Below are positions 38,819 through 44,823 of a DNA stretch of 44,823 bases, piece after piece. The notes under the pieces are model-generated. The model did not search any database. It was not told the origin of the DNA and saw only the letters and a program-made list of their open reading frames with translations. This stretch comes from Nemertoderma westbladi (taxonomy: Eukaryota; Animalia; Xenacoelomorpha). Position 1 is the stretch's first letter. Every line of letters starts with the position of its first letter. The translations under genes and the position numbers were made by a program. The stretch covers positions 1-44,823 of the forward strand of contig JAUCBJ010003281.1 in assembly GCA_032718475.1 (NCBI GenBank), given 5' to 3'.

Positions 38819-41800
38819 GTGCGTGGGGTGGGATGGGGTGTTCGTGGGGGTGGAATGGGGTGTGCGTGGGGGTGGGATGTGGTGTGCGTGGGGGTGGGAT
38901 GTGGTGTGCGTGGGGGTGGGATGGGGTGTGCGTGGGGGTGGGATGGGGTGTGCGTGGGGGTGGAATGGGGTGTGCGTGGGGTGGGATGGGGTGTGCGTGG
39001 GGGTGGAATGGGGTGTGCGTGGGGTGGGATGGGGTGTGCGTGGGGGTGGGATGGGGTGTGCGTGGGGTGGAATGGGGTGTGCGTGGGGGTGGGATGGGGT
39101 GTGCGTGGGGATAGAATGGGGTGTGCGTGGGGGTGGAATGGGGTGTGCGTGGGGGTGGGATGGGGTGTTCGTGGGGGTGGAATGGGGTGTGCGTGGGGTG
39201 GGATGGGGTGTGCGTGGGTTGGGATCGGGTGTGCGTGGGGATAGAATGGGGTGTGCGTGGGGGTGGAATGGGGTGTGCGTGGGGTGGGATGGGGTGTGCG
39301 TGGGGTGGGATGGGGTGTGCGTGGGGATAGAATGGGGTGTGCGTGGGGGTGGAATGGGGTGTGCGTGGGGTGGGATGGGGTGTGCGTGGGGGTGGAATGG
39401 GGTGTGCGTGGGGGTGGGATGGGGTGTGCGTGGGGGTGGAATGGGGTGTGCGTGGGGATAGAATGGGGTGTGCGTGGGGGTGGAATGGGGTGTGCGTGGG
39501 GGTGGGATGGGGTGTGCGTGGGGGTGGAATGGGGTGTGCGTGGGGGTGGGATGGGGTGTGCGTGGGGGTGGAATGGGGTGTGCGTGGGGTGGGATGGGGT
39601 GTGCGTGGGGGTGGAATGGGGTGTGCGTGGGGGTGGGATGGGGTGTGCGTGGGGGTGGAATGGGGTGTGCGTGGGGATAGAATGGGGTGTGCGTGGGGAT
39701 AGAATGGGGTGTGCGTGGGGGTGGAATGGGGTGTGCGTGGGGTGGGATGGGGTGTGCGTGGGGGTGGAATGGGGTGTGCGTGGGGGTGGAATGGGGTGTG
39801 CGTGGGGTGGGATGGGGTGTGCGTGGGGGTGGAATGGGGTGTGCGTGGGGGTGGGATGGGGTGTGCGTGGGGGTGGAATGGGGTGTGCGTGGGGATAGAA
39901 TGGGGTGTGCGTGGGGGTGGAATGGGGTGTGCGTGGGGGTGGGATGGGGTGTGCGTGGGGGTGGAATGGGGTGTGCGTGGGGGTGGGATGGGGTGTGCGT
40001 GGGGTGGAATGGGGTGTGCGTGGGGTGGGATGGGGTGTGCGTGGGGGTGGAATGGGGTGTGCGTGGGGGTGGGATGGGGTGTGCGTGGGGGTGGAATGGG
40101 GTGTGCGTGGGGATGGAATGGGGTGTGCGTGGGGATAGAATGGGGTGTGCGTGGGGGTGGAATGGGGTGTGCGTGGGGTGGGATGGGGTGTGCGTGGGGA
40201 TAGAATGGGGTGTGCGTGGGGGTGGAATGGGGTGTGCGTGGGGTGGGATGGGGTGTGCGTGGGGGTGGAATGGGGTGTGCGTGGGGGTGGGATGGGGTGT
40301 GCGTGGGGGTGGAATGGGGTGTGCGTGGGGATAGAATGGGGTGTGCGTGGGGGTGGAATGGGGTGTGCGTGGGGGTGGGATGGGGTGTGCGTGGGGTGGA
40401 ATGGGGTGTGCGTGGGGTGGGATGGGGTGTGCGTGGGGGTGGAATGGGGTGTGCGTGGGGGTGGGATGGGGTGTGCGTGGGGGTGGAATGGGGTGTGCGT
40501 GGGGTGGGATGGGGTGTGCGTGGGGGTGGAATGGGGTGTGCGTGGGGGTGGGATGGGGTGTGCGTGGGGTGGGATGGGGTGTGCGTGGGGATAGAATGGG
40601 GTGTGCGTGGGGGTGGAATGGGGTGTGCGTGGGGGTGGGATGGGGTGTGCGTGGGGGTGGAATGGGGTGTGCGTGGGGTGGGATGGGGTGTGCGTGGGGG
40701 TAGAATGGGGTGTGCGTGGGGGTGGGATGGGGTGTGCGTGGGGGTGGAATGGGGTGTGCGTGGGGTGGGATGGGGTGTGCGTGGGGGTGGGATGGGGTGT
40801 GCGTGGGGGTGGGATGGGGTGTGCGTGGGGGTGGAATGGGGTGTGCGTGGGGTGGGATGGGGTGTGCGTGGGGGTGGAATGGGGTGTGCGTGGGGGTGGG
40901 ATGGGGTGTGCGTGGGGGTGGAATGGGGTGTGCGTGGGGTGGGATGGGGTGTGCGTGGGGGTGGAATGGGGTGTGCGTGGGGGTGGAATGGGGTGTGCGT
41001 GGGGTGGGATGGGGTGTGCGTGGGGATAGAATGGGGTGTGCGTGGGGTGGAATGGGGTGTGCGTGGGGTGGGATGGGGTGTGCGTGGGGGTGGAATGGGG
41101 TGTGCGTGGGGGTGGGATGGGGTGTGCGTGGGGTGGGATGGGGTGTGCGTGGGGATAGAATGGGGTGTGCGTGGGGTGGAATGGGGTGTGCGTGGGGGTG
41201 GGATGGGGTGTGCGTGGGGTGGAATGGGGTGTGCGTGGGGTGGGATGGGGTGTGCGTGGGGGTGGAATGGGGTGTGCGTGGGGGTGGGATGGGGTGTGCG
41301 TGGGGTGGAATGGGGTGTGCGTGGGGTGGGATGGGGTGTGCGTGGGGGTGGAATGGGGTGTGCGTGGGGGTGGGATGGGGTGTGCGTGGGGATAGAATGG
41401 GGTGTGCGTGGGGGTGGAATGGGGTGTGCGTGGGGTGGGATGGGGTGTGCGTGGGGTGGAATGGGGTGTGCGTGGGGATAGAATGGGGTGTGCGTGGGGG
41501 TGGAATGGGGTGTGCGTGGGGGTGGGATGGGGTGTGCGTGGGGGTGGAATGGGGTGTGCGTGGGGTGGAATGGGGTGTGCGTGGGGTGGGATGGGGTGTG
41601 CGTGGGGATAGAATGGGGTGTGCGTGGGGGTGGAATGGGGTGTGCGTGGGGTGGGATGGGGTGTGCGTGGGGATAGAATGGGGTGTGCGTGGGGGTGGAA
41701 TGGGGTGTGCGTGGGGTGGGATGGGGTGTGCGTGGGGATAGAATGGGGTGTGCGTGGGGTGGAATGGGGTGTGCGTGGGGTGGGATGGGGTGTGCGTGGG

Positions 41801-42234
41801 GGTGGAATGGGGTGTGCGTGGGGTGGGATGGGGTGTGCGTGGGGTGGGATGGGGTGTGCGTGGGGATAGAATGGGGTGTGCGTGGGGATAGAATGGGGTG
41901 TGCGTGGGGGTGGAATGGGGTGTGCGTGGGGTGGAATGGGGTGTGCGTGGGGTGGGATGGGGTGTGCGTGGGGATAGAATGGGGTGTGCGTGGGGGTGGA
42001 ATGGGGTGTGCGTGGGGTGGGATGGGGTGTGCGTGGGGGTAGAATGGGGTGTGCGTGGGGATAGAATGGGGTGTGCGTGGGGGTGGAATGGGGTGTGCGT
42101 GGGGTGGGATGGGGTGTGCGTGGGGGTGGGATGGGGTGTGCGTGGGGGTGGGATGGGGTGTTCGTGGGGGTGGAATGGGGTCTGCGTGGGGTGGAATGGG
42201 GTGTGCGTGGGGGTGGGATGGGGTGTGCGTGGGG
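38819..42234. repeat. 3.4-kb G-rich minisatellite, 21-22-bp unit
   Basis: Unit GTGCGTGGGG(G)TGGRATGGGGT with variant GTGCGTGGGGATAGAATGGGGT; roughly 155-160 copies from length. Confidence 0.98.
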
Positions 42235-42242
42235 AAGGAATT

Positions 42243-44823
<2,581 letters not shown>

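Noticed and set aside
38784-42042. Many Gly/Trp/Cys-rich ORFs
   Set aside because: All three frames of the 21-22-bp minisatellite; artefacts.

Overview
AT-rich, repeat-dense eukaryotic (probably invertebrate animal) DNA. It holds one intact host gene: a two-coding-exon SAC2/INPP5F phosphoinositide phosphatase on the minus strand (13724-12915 joined to 11330-9132, about 1002 aa, catalytic CVDCLDRT). About 2 kb upstream is a 12.4-kb BEL/Pao LTR retrotransposon (15701-28126, minus strand, ~1.16-kb LTRs, AGCAT target-site duplication). Its gag-pol has lost RT, most of RNase H and integrase through two frame-preserving deletions, and it carries a decayed unrecognised accessory ORF ending in a very basic tail. 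Also present: two RTE-like LINE fragments, several inverted-repeat MITE-like elements, SINE/tRNA-like remnants, and three clustered non-autonomous Helitron/DINE-1-like elements carrying RFX X-box-like palindromes every ~150 bp. The last ~10 kb is GACA microsatellite and a G-rich 21-22-bp minisatellite. Most short ORFs and all low-complexity ORFs in the supplied track are artefacts. Family names come from motifs recognised by eye; no searches were run.
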